Counted from the stretch's first letter, positions 27,800 through 38,235 are shown. The stretch: 64,000 nt of DNA from an uncultured Acidobacteriota bacterium (GCA_963711795.1 CAVQFD010000005.1:580271-644270); one strand, 5' to 3'. A program made the numbers and translations. The notes: generated from the letters alone by a model not told the origin.

Positions 27800-30349
27800 T
27801 TAGAGTTCTCGAACAGCTCGTTCTACCCGCAGCGCCAGGGCTTCGTAGTCCTCGCCGTCAGCTCGAGCGGCGCGCCGAACGCGACGCGGACGCGGGCCGG
27901 GCGTGGCCATCTTCCAGGTGTGATGCAGCACCTTGTCGAGGCCGTCGATCCGCACCGGCACCACCGGGACGCCGAGCCGCGACGCGATCATGCCGATGCC
28001 CGGCCGGAACGGCTCGATCTCCCCGGCGTCCGATCGTCGGCCCTCCGGGAAGATCAGCACCGAGAAGCCGTCCTCCAGCAGCTCGCCGATGTAGCGGAGC
28101 GTCTGCCGCGCGCCGGCTTCGCGCTGCGGCAGCGGGAACGCGTTGAAGAAGAGCGCGGCCAGGTAGTAGTTGAGGCTGTTGGTGAGCCATGCCTCCCGGC
28201 CGTGTGCTGCTCGGGAAAGAAATGCGCCTTGAAGAACTCCTTGGCCATGGCCGGCGCGACGCGGTACCGCAGCCGCGCGGGCAGCGCCGCCAGAATCACC
28301 GGCGTGTCCATGTGGCTCTGGTGGTTCGCCGCGAAGATCACCGGCCGGTCGATTGCCTTCAGATGCTCGCGGCCCTCGACCGTAATCCGGGCAAAGACGC
28401 GGGCGAGCGGCAGGATCCACGTCGGCAGGCTGAGCCTCCGCAGAGTCGCGCGCCGGCCAGCGCCGGTTCCACGCCGGGAACTCGACCGGCTCGGCTGTGC
28501 GCCTGCGAGGCCGTTCCGGCCTGTTCGACGAGCGTCTGCAGCTGACGACACGTCGCGCGCGGCCGAGAACGCGCCTTCGTCGATCCGCGTCTGAAATGCA
28601 TCTTCGAGCGCCACCATCAGCTCGACGCGTTCGAGCGAGCTCAGGCCCAGCTCCTCGAGCGTCGTCGCCGGCGCGATGTCGGATGCGCCCGGCATGCCTC
28701 GCGACGCAGCGCGGCCAGCCGATCCTGTCCCGCGTGCACCAGCTGCGGCGTCGCCGCCGCTCTTCACCCAGTCGCGGATCGGCGCGCGTTTCAGCTTGCG
28801 CGTGCCTTCGGTGCGCGGCAGCTCCGGCTCGGGCCACGACAGCGCGCGCCGGATCTTCTGATGATCCGCGAGCTGCCGGTTCGCCTCGCCGGCCAGCGCA
28901 TCCGGGTCGACGCCGGGTTCCAGCACGACGCACCGCGTGCACTCGCTCCTCGCCGTCCGCCGGCGCCCGACGACCGCCGAGTCGCGCACGCCCGGCAGCT
29001 GCGTTCAGCACGCGCTCGACGTCCTCCGGAAAGACGTTCAGCCCTTCCGGCGTGACGATCATTTCCTTCTTGCGCCCGCGGATGAACAGCTGGCCGTCGG
29101 CGCCGATCTCGCCGATGTCGCCGGTGTGGAACCAGCCGTCCTCGAACGCTCGCGCGGTCTCCTCGGCGGCGTTGAAGTAGCCGGTCGTGACGTTCTCGCC
29201 GCGCACGAGGATCTCGCCGTCCTGCGCGATCTTCACCTTCGACGCCGGCGATCGCCTTGCCGACCGAGCCTCGTTTGGTGCCGAACGGATGATTGAGCGT
29301 GACGATCGGCGCGGTTTCGGTCAGCCCGTAGCCCTGGATGACCGCGAAGCCCAGCTCGCCCCAGAACGCCTCGAGCTCGCCTTCGAGCGGCGCCGCGCCG
29401 ACGACGAAGCCCAGAACTTGAATCCGAACGCCGATGGATCTGCCGGTAGCGCCACCAGCGCCAGGCGAAGTGCTGCTTCGGCCCCGGCGTCGGCCAGCTC
29501 CGGCGCGAGCGCGCAGCACGTGCTCGCGCAGCACGTCGAGAATCTTCGGCACCGACACCAGCACCGAGATGCGCCGGCTCTTGATCTGCGCGACGATGTC
29601 GCCCGGGTTGTAGCCGCGCATGAAGACGACGACGCCCGGCAGCATCGGCGGGATGAAGGTCGCCATCGCCTGGCCGAACATGTGGCTGAGCGGCAGCAGG
29701 TTCAGGAAGCGCAGCGGGAAGAACGGCGTGCCCCACTTGCGGTACTTCAGGACCTCGCGTTCGACCGGCACGATGTTCGCCAGCACGTTGCGGTGGGTGA
29801 TGACGACGCCCTTGGGCTCGGCGGTCGCGCCCGACGTGAAGATGATCTCGGCGACGTCGTCGCGCCCGATGGCAACCTGCGGGGCCGTGCTCGCGGCCGC
29901 GACGAGCGCCGGCCAGTCGAGCTCGTGCAGCTTCCACGATCGGCGCGCCGGCGGTGTCGTGGCACCGGCGGCACGTCCTGCCCGACGAGCACGAGCCTGC
30001 GCCTGCACGATCCGCGCGACGCGGGCGAGAAAGTCGGGCGACGCGCGGTAGTCGATCGGCACGACGACGACGCCGTTCAGCAGGCAGCCCCAGAACGCGA
30101 CGATCCACTCGGGGCGGTTCTCGGAGAAGAAGACGACCTTGTCGCCTTTGCGCAGGCCGGCGGCATGCAGGCGGCGCCGCGAATCCGCGCGCGGCGCGCG
30201 CCGACCTCCTGGTAGCTGAAGCTGCGGCTCGCGGAATCCATCGTCGTGGACGAGGAAATCGCCGCTGCGCGCGAGCGAGATCGTCGGAAGAAGTCGATGA
30301 GCGTGTCGCGCGACCACGGCTGAATTATGATGGAAAGCCAAAAGGGCAC
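27800..30349 (-). pseudogene. Acyl-CoA/acyl-ACP synthetase (AMP-binding) - carrier-protein domain - PlsC-type acyltransferase tri-domain gene, heavily frameshifted as assembled
   Basis: The pieces lie in ORFs 30077..30349, 28791..30443, 29747..29992, 27800..29236, 28054..28989 and 28359..28601. AMP-binding motifs are 'IIFTSGATAEPKGVVITHRN', 'GYGLTETAP' and 'WFHTGDIGEIGADGQLFIRGRKKEMI'. The PP-binding part is 'LEELGLSSLERVELMVALEDAF'. Acyltransferase motifs are 'FAANHQSHMDTPV' (HX4D) and 'LIFPEGRRS'. At least 8 frame changes are needed to link them. Confidence 0.7.
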
Positions 30350-30356
30350 CTAATGA

Positions 30357-31806
30357 ATGCCGATCGCCTTCCGCGTCTGTCTGCTGCTCGCCGTCGCGTT
30401 CTGGCCTCGCCGGTGCGCGCGTGGCGCTCGCGCAGCCGGCCACGCAGCCGGGGCCGGTGTGGCCGAAGCTGTCCGCCGGCCGAGCGCGATCAGGTGATGC
30501 GCTTCGGCGACGACTTCAAGCAGTTCATCGGCCGCGCAAAGAGCGCGCATGACCTTCGTGCGCGAGGCGCGGGCAGCTGGTCGAGGCCGCGGCTTCAAGC
30601 CGTGGCCCGCGGCGCCGGCAAGGCGGATGTCGGCGCCGGGCTCGCGCTGGTACGCGGTCAACCGCGACCGGACGATTGCCGCGTTCGTCATCGGCACCGA
30701 TCCCGCTGTCGGCGCGGCGCGCGCATCGTCAACACGCACAACGACTCGGTGCACCTCGAGCTCAAGCCCAGGCCGTTCCGCGAGAGCTTCGACATCGCGC
30801 TGCTCGACACGATCGACGCACGGCGGCATGAAGAACTACCAGTGGGTCAACCGGCCGCTGGCGCTCATCGGCCGCGTCATCAAGACCGACGGCACGAGCC
30901 GTGAACGTCGACATCGGCCACGCACCCGGCGATCCCGTGCTGATCATCGCCGACCTCGCGCCGCACGTGGACGCGCGACTTCCTGGAGCCGGACGCAACC
31001 GCGACGTCATCCAGACCGAGGAGCTCGATCCGATCCTGGCGCTCGACCGCGCGAGGCGGCGGCGCAGGCGCTCAAGGAGAAGTACGGCCTGACGCCGCGA
31101 CGATTTTCTGTCGGCCGATCTGCAGATCGTCCCGGCGCAGATGCCGGTCGACGTCGGGCTCGATCGGCAGCTGGTCGGCGCCTACGGCCACGACGACCGT
31201 TCGAACGGGTATGCCGCGTTCCGCGCGATCATCGAAGTGCGGGACGCCCGCGAAGACGGCGGTCGCGTACGGCGTGAACAACGAGGAAGTGAGCTCCTGG
31301 ACGACCGGCGTCGACTCGGAGTGGTTCAGGACGCTGCTGGCGGAGATCATCGCGGCGCAGGAGCCGGCGCTACAACGACCTGATGCTGCGCCACGCGCTC
31401 CGGCGTCGCAGGTGCTGGTGTCCGACTGCACGACGGCGCTCGATCCCGATCTTTCCGCAGCCGTATCTGCCGGCAGGCTCGGCGCGGCTCGGGCTGGGGG
31501 CTCGTGTTCAAGGAGTACGGACCGGGCCGCGAGGCGGACGCCGAGTACTTCGCGCGCATGCGCAGGCTGTTCAACGACGCGGGCGTGCGCTGGCAGACGC
31601 ACGCCTACCGGGCCGGCTACGGCGGCGGCACCATCGCGCAGTGGTTTGCCAACGCCAACATGGACGCGATCGACGTCGGCATCGGCATCCTGAGCATGCA
31701 CTCGCCGATGGACGTCTCGGCGAAGGTCGACGTCTGGGAGCTCTATCGGGGCTTCAAGGCGTTCCTCGGCGCTCCGATGTCGTCGCCGTCACCCTCGTCA
31801 CGCTGA
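30357..31806 (+). pseudogene. Secreted M18-family aminopeptidase-like gene, heavily frameshifted as assembled
   Basis: The signal-like start is 'MPIAFRVCLLLAVAF'. Fragments lie in three frames: 'VMRFGDDFKQFIGRAKSA', 'RWYAVNRDRTIAAFVIGTDP', 'IVNTHNDSVHLELKPRPF' and 'GGMKNYQWVNRPLALIGRVIKTDG'. The intact C-terminus (ORF 31504..31806) is 'GGGTIAQWFANANMDAIDVGIGILSMHSPMD', which fits the M18 'G.p.LSMHS' region. Confidence 0.55.
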
Positions 31807-31827
31807 CGTAGTAAGCTATCGCACCTC

Positions 31828-32749
31828 ATGCGTATCTTCCTGACTGGCGCGACGGGCTACATCGGTGGCGCCGTGCTCGACGCGCTGGTTCGCGGCGGCC
31901 ATTCAGTCACGGCGCTCGTCCGCGACGACGAGAAGGCCGCGCGGGTTGCGGCGAAGGGGGCACGCCCGGTGGTCGGCAACCTTGCCGAGCCCGAGTCGTA
32001 TCGGGCGGCGGCCGATGCGCAGGACGGCTACGTCCACACGGCGTTCGACCGCGCATCCGGACGCGGGCCCGCCATCGATCGGATCGGCCTCGACACGATG
32101 CTGGCGGCGGCCCGCCGTCCGCGCACGGCTGGTGCGACCACGCCGCGGGCACGCTTCCTCATTTACACGTCCGGCACCTGGGTGCTGGGCCCGAGCTCGG
32201 ATCCCGTTGCCGAGGATGCCCCCGTCAATCCGCTGGCGCACGTGGCGTGGCGCCCGGCGCACGAGGATCTCGTGCTGGCCGCCGCTTCCGCGACCCTTCG
32301 GACGGTGATCGTCCGGCCCGGCGTCGTGTACGGCGGCGGCCAACGGCATGGTCGGCGACCTCTTCAGTCAGCCAGCAACGGCCTCGTCCGCGTCGTCGGC
32401 GACGGCAACAACCACTGGCCGCTCGTGTACGAGCGCGATCTGGCCGACCTCTACTCGCGGCTGGTGGCGAACGAGGACGCCGCGGGCGTGTATCACGCCA
32501 ACGACGAGGGCGACGAGCGCGTCAACGACATCGTCGGCGCGATCGCGCCCTATGTGGCCGTGCGGCCCGACGTGCGCCACGTGCCGCTCGAAGAGGCGCG
32601 CGCCAAGATGGGGCCGGTGCGCCGACGCGCTGTCGCTCGACCAGGTCGTGCGCAGCCCGCGAGCGCGCGCGCTCGGCTGGACGCCTAGCCTGCGGTCGGT
32701 CGCCGGCAACGCGGCGCGCCTGCTCGAAGAGTGGCGCAACGCGTCCTGA
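31828..32749 (+). pseudogene. NAD-dependent epimerase/dehydratase (SDR) family protein, three frameshifts as assembled
   Basis: 'MRIFLTGATGYIGGAVLDAL' is the Rossmann motif. 'IYTSGTWVLG' and 'RTVIVRPGVVYGGG' follow. There are two close compensating shifts near 32340 and 32368 ('GMVGDLF' is in the other frame) and one near 32615. The restored tail is '...ADALSLDQVVRSPRARALGWTPS...LLEEWRNAS*' with the stop at 32749. Confidence 0.65.
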
Positions 32750-32770
32750 GCCGCCGACCGTCGGCCCTTT

Positions 32771-34258
32771 CTACCAGAGGCTTCCGAACGAGAGCCCGAC
32801 GAACACACCGTAGAACGCGGTCATGATCACGAGCGCCACGCGGCGCCACATCGGCGGACGCAGATGCGGGGGCAAGAGCCGCGTGTTGATGTAAAGCAGG
32901 TGCGGGGCAGCGATGATGAAGATCGCGCCGGCCACGTTGGCGCCGAGCTTCAGCAGCACGATCGGTTGTGCGAGCCGCATCGCGATGATGCCCCAAACCA
33001 CCAATGTGGCGAGGACCGTGTAGTACACGGCACGAATGTCTCCGCCGCGCCACGCGCGCACGCGTCCGCTGCCCGCCCACAAGATGTCGGTGATGGCGCG
33101 CACCATGCCTTCGAGGTTGTCGAGCTGCGTCTTGAAGAGAATCCATGCGCCCAGAAACGCGATGACTCCCGCGATGGTCGCGCCGGCCTGCGTCCCAATG
33201 GCAGAGGCGAGCGCGGCACTGATGCCCAGGCCTTGTATATCCGTCCCACGAGGCAGGAAGGTCACGTAGAGCAGAGCGGGGAGGACCATCCCGAGCAATC
33301 CTCCTGCGAAGAAGAGTCCCCACTGATCGGCCGCCACGATGCGCCACCAGCCGCGCCACCGGGCCATTTCGCTCGGGTGGTCGGAGAAGATGAAACCGGT
33401 GGGCGCCACATTTCCCTTTTGACCGGAAGCGGCGGCGGGAATGTATCCGGCCCGCGCGCCCATCCCGTAGCCACGGTCGCGCGCCCAGTTCGAAAGCACG
33501 ATGTTCACCACACCCCCCGCACCGGAGTAGGCCACGAGAGCCCCCAGCAGGAAGAAGTCCGCGCCTCTCGGCAGCGGGTCGAACACGCCGCGCTCGACGT
33601 CGAAGCCGCCGAACCCGGCAAACGCGGCGCCCCAGGTGGCGGCTGGCACAAAGAAGAGCGTCAGCAACAGAAACCCGCCCAGGATGGTCACGACGAGCAC
33701 CCAGTTCAGTAGCTCGAGTGTCCGCTCGATGCGCCGCCCAACCATGAGGATCGCGACGCACGCGAGGAACGCCACGACGCCAATGTAGTGAATAGAAGCC
33801 GCGTCCGCAGCGCCAGCCAAACGCTGCGCGAACAGGAAGAAAATGGCGGCCGCTGCAGTACCGGCCCAGGCGGGCCATCCAACCTGCAAGAAGTACAAGC
33901 CGGCATAGAGCCATGCCCACGCGGTGGACGATGGGCGAGTCCGCATGAAGCCCGTGAACGCTGGCTCCCCGGTCGCCAGCGTGTAGCGCATAACCTCAGT
34001 ATTGAAGATCGCCTGCAGGGTGATGGCGACGCCGACCACCCAGAGTAGCGAGAGACCGTGCGCGACAAACGCCGCGGGCCCCAGGAGAAACTCGCCGCTG
34101 CCGATGGAAACGCCCAGTGCGATAATGCCAGGGCCGACAGCTTTCAACCAACCGAGACCAGTCGGCCGCGGCGGTTCTGGAAGCTCGGCGCGCTGCCATG
34201 GTTCCAGTCCCGACAAGGCCTCGATCGGCCGTGGCGCGCTTGCAGCGGAGACCTGCAA
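32771..34258 (-). CDS. Nramp-superfamily-like polytopic membrane transporter (distant branch)
   Basis: About 11-12 TM segments. The N-terminal 'LGWLKAVGPGIIALGVSIGSGEFLLGPA...LLWVVGVAITLQAIFNTEVMRYTLATGE' fits the Nramp-type first repeat. The 495-aa frame is intact. Confidence 0.5.
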   Translation of the reverse strand: MQVSAASAPRPIEALSGLEPWQRAELPEPPRPTGLGWLKAVGPGIIALGVSIGSGEFLLGPAAFVAHGLSLLWVVGVAITLQAIFNTEVMRYTLATGEPAFTGFMRTRPSSTAWAWLYAGLYFLQVGWPAWAGTAAAAIFFLFAQRLAGAADAASIHYIGVVAFLACVAILMVGRRIERTLELLNWVLVVTILGGFLLLTLFFVPAATWGAAFAGFGGFDVERGVFDPLPRGADFFLLGALVAYSGAGGVVNIVLSNWARDRGYGMGARAGYIPAAASGQKGNVAPTGFIFSDHPSEMARWRGWWRIVAADQWGLFFAGGLLGMVLPALLYVTFLPRGTDIQGLGISAALASAIGTQAGATIAGVIAFLGAWILFKTQLDNLEGMVRAITDILWAGSGRVRAWRGGDIRAVYYTVLATLVVWGIIAMRLAQPIVLLKLGANVAGAIFIIAAPHLLYINTRLLPPHLRPPMWRRVALVIMTAFYGVFVGLSFGSLW

Positions 34259-34260
34259 CT

Positions 34261-34491
34261 CTAGTCTCCGAACTTCTGGAGATCGTCGTCTTCCGCCCCA
34301 GGGAGCAGGTCGAAGAACGCGTCCAGACTCCGGTCGAGCGCCCGCCGGAGCTGGGGAATCGTGCCGTCGATTGTGTGCAGCGTCACGTGCGCGGCCGTGC
34401 CATCGGCCAGCGAAATCTTCGCGTCGTCCAATGCTTTGAGGGATCCCTCAGGAACGAGCCGGACGCCGTAAACCAAGGTGTAACGGGACAT
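34261..34491 (-). CDS. Small hypothetical protein (76 aa), ends 2 nt (34259-34260) upstream of the transporter start
   Basis: ORF 'MSRYTLVYGVRLVPEGSLKALDDAKISLADGTAAHVTLHTIDGTIPQLRRALDRSLDAFFDLLPGAEDDDLQKFGD'. It has non-GC-biased, protein-like composition and tight spacing with the downstream gene. I recognised no motif. Confidence 0.4.
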   Translation of the reverse strand: MSRYTLVYGVRLVPEGSLKALDDAKISLADGTAAHVTLHTIDGTIPQLRRALDRSLDAFFDLLPGAEDDDLQKFGD

Positions 34492-34504
34492 ACGGTGATC
34501 CTAG

Positions 34505-34558
34505 CATTGAGTAATTGGGTAGTTGGGTGATTGAGTAATTGGATTGAGGAATTTGGGG
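34505..34558. repeat. AATTGGGT-type octamer array in a divergent intergenic region
   Basis: 'cattgagt aattgggt agttgggt gattgagt aattggat tgaggaat ttgggg'. It belongs to the same family as the arrays at 49715, 50347 and 50999. Confidence 0.7.
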
Positions 34559-34939
34559 ATGGCAATGTCTATACGCTTGCTGCTTGTCGCCTTGCTCCTG
34601 TCCGGATTGACCGTCGGGTCGGCGGCACAGTCCGCGCCGGCTGGCGCGAAGCCGGCGCTCTTTGCCGTGTTGTTCCGCACCGGACCGAAGTGGGATGCGG
34701 CGAAGCCGCCCAACGATCAGGCGTTCTTCCGTGAGCACTCGGCGAACCTGGCGCGACTGCGGCAGAGCGGGCTCATTCAGATGGGCGCGCGGTACTCGGA
34801 CGTCGGGCTGATCGTGGTGTCCGCCCAGGCCGAAGCGGCCGTGCGCGCGGAGATCGATCGTGATCCGGCTGTCGCGAACGGCACGTTCGTATACGAGCTA
34901 TCTCCGTTCAACGTGTTTTACGACGGCTGCCTCCGGTGA
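34544..34939 (+). CDS. YciI-like domain protein with a signal peptide
   Basis: The signal is 'MSIRLLLVALLLSGLTVGSAAQ'. 'FREHSANLARLRQSGLIQMGARYSD...AEAAVRAEIDRDPAVANGTFVYELSPF' follows the YCII pattern (H..yl..l...G, DPf). The true start may be ATG 34562. Confidence 0.5.
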   Translation: MRNLGMAMSIRLLLVALLLSGLTVGSAAQSAPAGAKPALFAVLFRTGPKWDAAKPPNDQAFFREHSANLARLRQSGLIQMGARYSDVGLIVVSAQAEAAVRAEIDRDPAVANGTFVYELSPFNVFYDGCLR

Positions 34940-35101
34940 AGGCAGGCGGGGCGGGCAAGGCTGGCAGGGCTGGCAGCTGGGCCGACAAAGTGAAGAAGGT
35001 TTGCGCCTGCGGCCATCCCGAGCCGAGGACAAGCAACTCCGAGGCGAGGGATCAGCGTCAGTTCGCGGCGGGGGTGGGGCCCCGCCGCAAAGTGAAGAAA
35101 G
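34940..35101. repeat. Composite REP-like element abutting a stop codon (G-rich heptamers + one ~100-bp unit with a GC hairpin)
   Basis: 'aggcaggcggggcgggcaaggctggcagggctggcag' follows the TGA 34937-34939 directly. The unit 'AAAGTGAAGAAGG...gcgcctgcggcc...gttcgcggcgggggtggggccccgccgcAAAGTGAAGAAAG' follows. This unit is the reverse complement of the 47.3-47.8 kb tandem unit. Confidence 0.8.
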
Positions 35102-35193
35102 TCGGGCAGACGGCTACAGCCGGGCCGGAGGGTTGGGCGTGACCTCGGGCCGGCAAACGGGGTAAGTTTTCGGAGTCGATTGAGGAGTCTTCC

Positions 35194-38046
35194 ATGACGA
35201 ATCGCACGCTGCGAACTGTTGGTCCGGGCTCGGCCCTCTTCCTCGCATTTGCGCTGCTGGCCGGCGCCTGCGGTCCTTCGACCGAGCAGGCCGCGCCGGC
35301 ATCAGCCGCGAACGATGTGCCGACCCTGACATTCGAGAAATACACCCTGCCGAACGGACTCGAAGTCATCCTCTCGGAGGATCGGCGGCTGCCGCTTGTG
35401 GCCGTGAACCTCTGGTACCACGTCGGGCCAGCCAACGAGGAGCCGGGCCGAACGGGCTTCGCGCACCTCTTCGAGCACATGATGTTCCAGGGATCGAAGC
35501 ATGTGCCTGGCGACACCCACTTCCGCTCACTCGAAGGGGCGGGGGCGAGCGACCTGAACGGCACGACGGACTTCGATCGCACGAACTACTTCGAAACGAT
35601 CCCCGCCAACCAGCTGGAGCTCGCGCTGTGGCTCGAGTCCGACCGCATGGGCTACCTGCTCGATCAGGTGGATCAGGCGAACCTTTCGAACCAGCAGGAC
35701 GTCGTGCGCAACGAGAGGCGTCAGAGCGTGGAGAACCAGCCTTACGGGATTGTCGAAGAAGCCTTGTTTCACCAGCTCTTCCCGAAAGAGCACCCCTACT
35801 ACGCGAGCGTGATCGGATCGCACACAGATATCCAGGCTGCGAAGCTCGAGGACGTCAAGAACTTCTTCAAGCTGTACTACGCGCCCAACAACGCCAGCAT
35901 CGCCATCGTCGGGGACATCGACAAGGCGGCCACGAAGGCCCTCGTCGAGAAGTACTTCGGCACGCTCAAGCAGGGGCAGCCGGTGCCAAAGCCCTCCGTG
36001 CAGACGCCGCCGATTTCCGCCGAGCGCCGCGCTGTAGTCCAGGATCGCGTCGAGCTGCCGCGAGTCTACATGGCGTGGCTCACCTCGCCGATTTTCAAGC
36101 CCGGCGACGCAGATGCGGACATCGTTTCCACCGCACTCGGCGGCGGCCGCTCGAGCCGGCTGTACAAGAAGCTGGTCTACGAGAAGCAGATCGCGCAGGA
36201 CGTAAGCGCCGCGCAGTACTCACTGATGCTCGGATCGGTGTTCCAGATCACGGCCACCGCACGGCCGGGGCACACGGCCGAGGAACTCGAGAAGGCCATC
36301 GACGAGGAGCTGGCGCTGCTCCGGCAGAACGGACCCGATCAGAGCGAAGTGGACCGCGCCCGTAACGTCATCGAGACGCGCATCGTTCAGGGACTCGAGA
36401 CGCTCGGCGGCTTTGGCGGTGTCGCCGACCGTCTGAACTCGTACAACCATTATCTTGGCGATCCGGCCTACTTGCCGCAGGACATCAAGCGGTATCGCGA
36501 CGTGACACCGGCCTCGGCGAAGACGTTTGTCGAACAGCAGCTTGGCCAGAGTGCTCGTGTCGTCGTACACGGCGTGCCCGGCACGCCCGACCTGGGAGCG
36601 CCGGTGCCGACACCGAAGGTGGCGCAGGCCGCCCCCGGGACCGGGGCCGAGTCGGCCAATCCCGACGAGCCCTGGCGCAAGGACATGCCCAAGGCGGGCG
36701 AGGCGCGTGCGCTGCAGTTGCCATCGCCGACCTCGTTCGAGCTGCCCAATGGTCTCACTGTGCTGGTCAACGAGCGGCCGGGGCTGCCCATCGTGTCGGC
36801 CGCGTTTGTCGTGAGAACGGGCAGCGGTGCGAATCCCGCGGACAAGCCAGGGCTGGCCAACTTCACGGCCGCCATGCTGGATGAAGGCACGGCCTCTCGC
36901 AACGCTCTGCAGATTGCCGACCAGGTTGCGCAGCTTGGTGCGTCGCTCAGCACGGCGTCGACGATGGATGCGTCGCAGATCTCGGCAGGCTCGCTCCGGC
37001 GGAACTTCCCGGCGCTGCTCGATCTGGTGGCCGATATCGCCAGGCGGCCCAGTTTCCCGGCCGAGGAGATCGATCGCCAGCGGGCCAGCAGGCTTGCGAG
37101 CCTGGTTCAGCAGCGCGAGAACCCGAGCGCCGTCGCGGCGGCAGCGATGGCGGGGGCGCTTTATGGACCGGGTCATCCGTACGGCTACACGGAGCTCGGC
37201 ACCGAAGCCTCGAACAAGGCACTGTCGCGCGACGACATGCAGGCGTTCTGGAAACAGAACTTCGTGCCCAACAACGCGGCCCTGATCGTCTCGGGACAGA
37301 TCACGGTGGCCGACGTGCGTCCGCTCGTCGAGAAGGCTTTCGGAGACTGGGAGAAGGGCGCACAGGTTACGGCGCCCGCCGGCGCGTCGGCGCCGGCCAC
37401 GACGGCCGCGCGCCTGGTGCTCGTGGACAAGCCCGGAGCCCCGCAGACCCAGGTGCGGGTCACGTCAATTGGCGTGCCCCGATCGACGCCCGACTACGAA
37501 GCCATCCGGGTGATGAACGAGACGCTCGGAGGCCTCTTCTCGAGCCGGATCAATCTCAACCTGCGCGAGCAGCACGGCTACACCTATGGAGCAAGCTCGC
37601 AGTTCGTGTTCCGCCGGAGCGCCGGGCCGTTCGTCGTGGCGTCGGGCGTGCGCACGGATGTGACGGCTCCCGCGGTGACCGAGATCTTCAAGGAGATTCG
37701 CCGCATGCGGGACACGGCGCTGACGCCGGAGGAGCTGACGCTGGCGAAGGACTCGATCGTGCGGTCGCTGCCCGCGGAGTTCGAGACGAGCAGCCGCGTC
37801 ACCGGCAGCACCGCGAACATCTACCTCTACGATCTCGGCCTGGATTACTTCGCCAAGGCGCCGGCGCGCCTGTCGGCGATCACCGCCGACCAGGCAAAGG
37901 CCGCAGCCGAGAAGCACATCGTGCCGGAAGCGCTCATCACGGTGGCCGTCGGCGACCGCGCGAAGATCGGCCCGGAGCTGCAGAAGCTGAAGCTCGGCGC
38001 TACAGAGATCCGCGGCGCGGATGGGGCGGTGGTTCAGGGCAGGTAG
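35194..38046 (+). CDS. M16-family (pitrilysin/insulinase-like) zinc peptidase, double-length secreted form
   Basis: The signal/lipobox-like start is 'LFLAFALLAGACG'. The inverted zinc motif is 'GFAHLFEHMMFQGS' (HxxEH) and 'NGTTDFDRTNYFE' is present. A second, inactive M16-like half follows. The 950-aa frame is intact. Confidence 0.85.
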   Translation: MTNRTLRTVGPGSALFLAFALLAGACGPSTEQAAPASAANDVPTLTFEKYTLPNGLEVILSEDRRLPLVAVNLWYHVGPANEEPGRTGFAHLFEHMMFQGSKHVPGDTHFRSLEGAGASDLNGTTDFDRTNYFETIPANQLELALWLESDRMGYLLDQVDQANLSNQQDVVRNERRQSVENQPYGIVEEALFHQLFPKEHPYYASVIGSHTDIQAAKLEDVKNFFKLYYAPNNASIAIVGDIDKAATKALVEKYFGTLKQGQPVPKPSVQTPPISAERRAVVQDRVELPRVYMAWLTSPIFKPGDADADIVSTALGGGRSSRLYKKLVYEKQIAQDVSAAQYSLMLGSVFQITATARPGHTAEELEKAIDEELALLRQNGPDQSEVDRARNVIETRIVQGLETLGGFGGVADRLNSYNHYLGDPAYLPQDIKRYRDVTPASAKTFVEQQLGQSARVVVHGVPGTPDLGAPVPTPKVAQAAPGTGAESANPDEPWRKDMPKAGEARALQLPSPTSFELPNGLTVLVNERPGLPIVSAAFVVRTGSGANPADKPGLANFTAAMLDEGTASRNALQIADQVAQLGASLSTASTMDASQISAGSLRRNFPALLDLVADIARRPSFPAEEIDRQRASRLASLVQQRENPSAVAAAAMAGALYGPGHPYGYTELGTEASNKALSRDDMQAFWKQNFVPNNAALIVSGQITVADVRPLVEKAFGDWEKGAQVTAPAGASAPATTAARLVLVDKPGAPQTQVRVTSIGVPRSTPDYEAIRVMNETLGGLFSSRINLNLREQHGYTYGASSQFVFRRSAGPFVVASGVRTDVTAPAVTEIFKEIRRMRDTALTPEELTLAKDSIVRSLPAEFETSSRVTGSTANIYLYDLGLDYFAKAPARLSAITADQAKAAAEKHIVPEALITVAVGDRAKIGPELQKLKLGATEIRGADGAVVQGR

Positions 38047-38230
38047 GGCGGGCAAGGCAGCGCGGGGCAGGCAGGGCAGACACGCGCCGCGGCGCGAGGC
38101 TGAGGCAGGCACGTCAGGCCTGGCGCCAAGTGAATGTCACTAAGCGGGGAGTCGCCGCAAGTCACCGCCGCGAGCGCGGGCGAGCGGCGACGGGCGCGGG
38201 GGTGGGGCCCCCGCGCAAGTGAGAAATGTT
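38047..38230. repeat. Composite REP-like element between two convergent stop codons
   Basis: It starts right after the TAG 38044-38046 with 'ggcgggcaaggcagcgcggggcaggcagggcag'. It ends with the hairpin and box 'gcgcgggggtggggcccccgcgcaagtgagaaatg', 7 nt before the cca stop. It is an inverted copy of 27636-27799. Confidence 0.8.
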
Positions 38231-38235
38231 GACGC

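Noticed and set aside
27439-28146. ORFs running through the repeat elements (27439..28146, 47404..47715, 47487..47900, 46673..47545), which give repetitive 'PPPRTDADA...GSAWPQALF' peptides
   Set aside because: The repeated peptides simply reflect translation of the DNA repeat units in an open frame. All three frames and both strands are open, there are no start contexts, and the units carry indels that would shift the frame.
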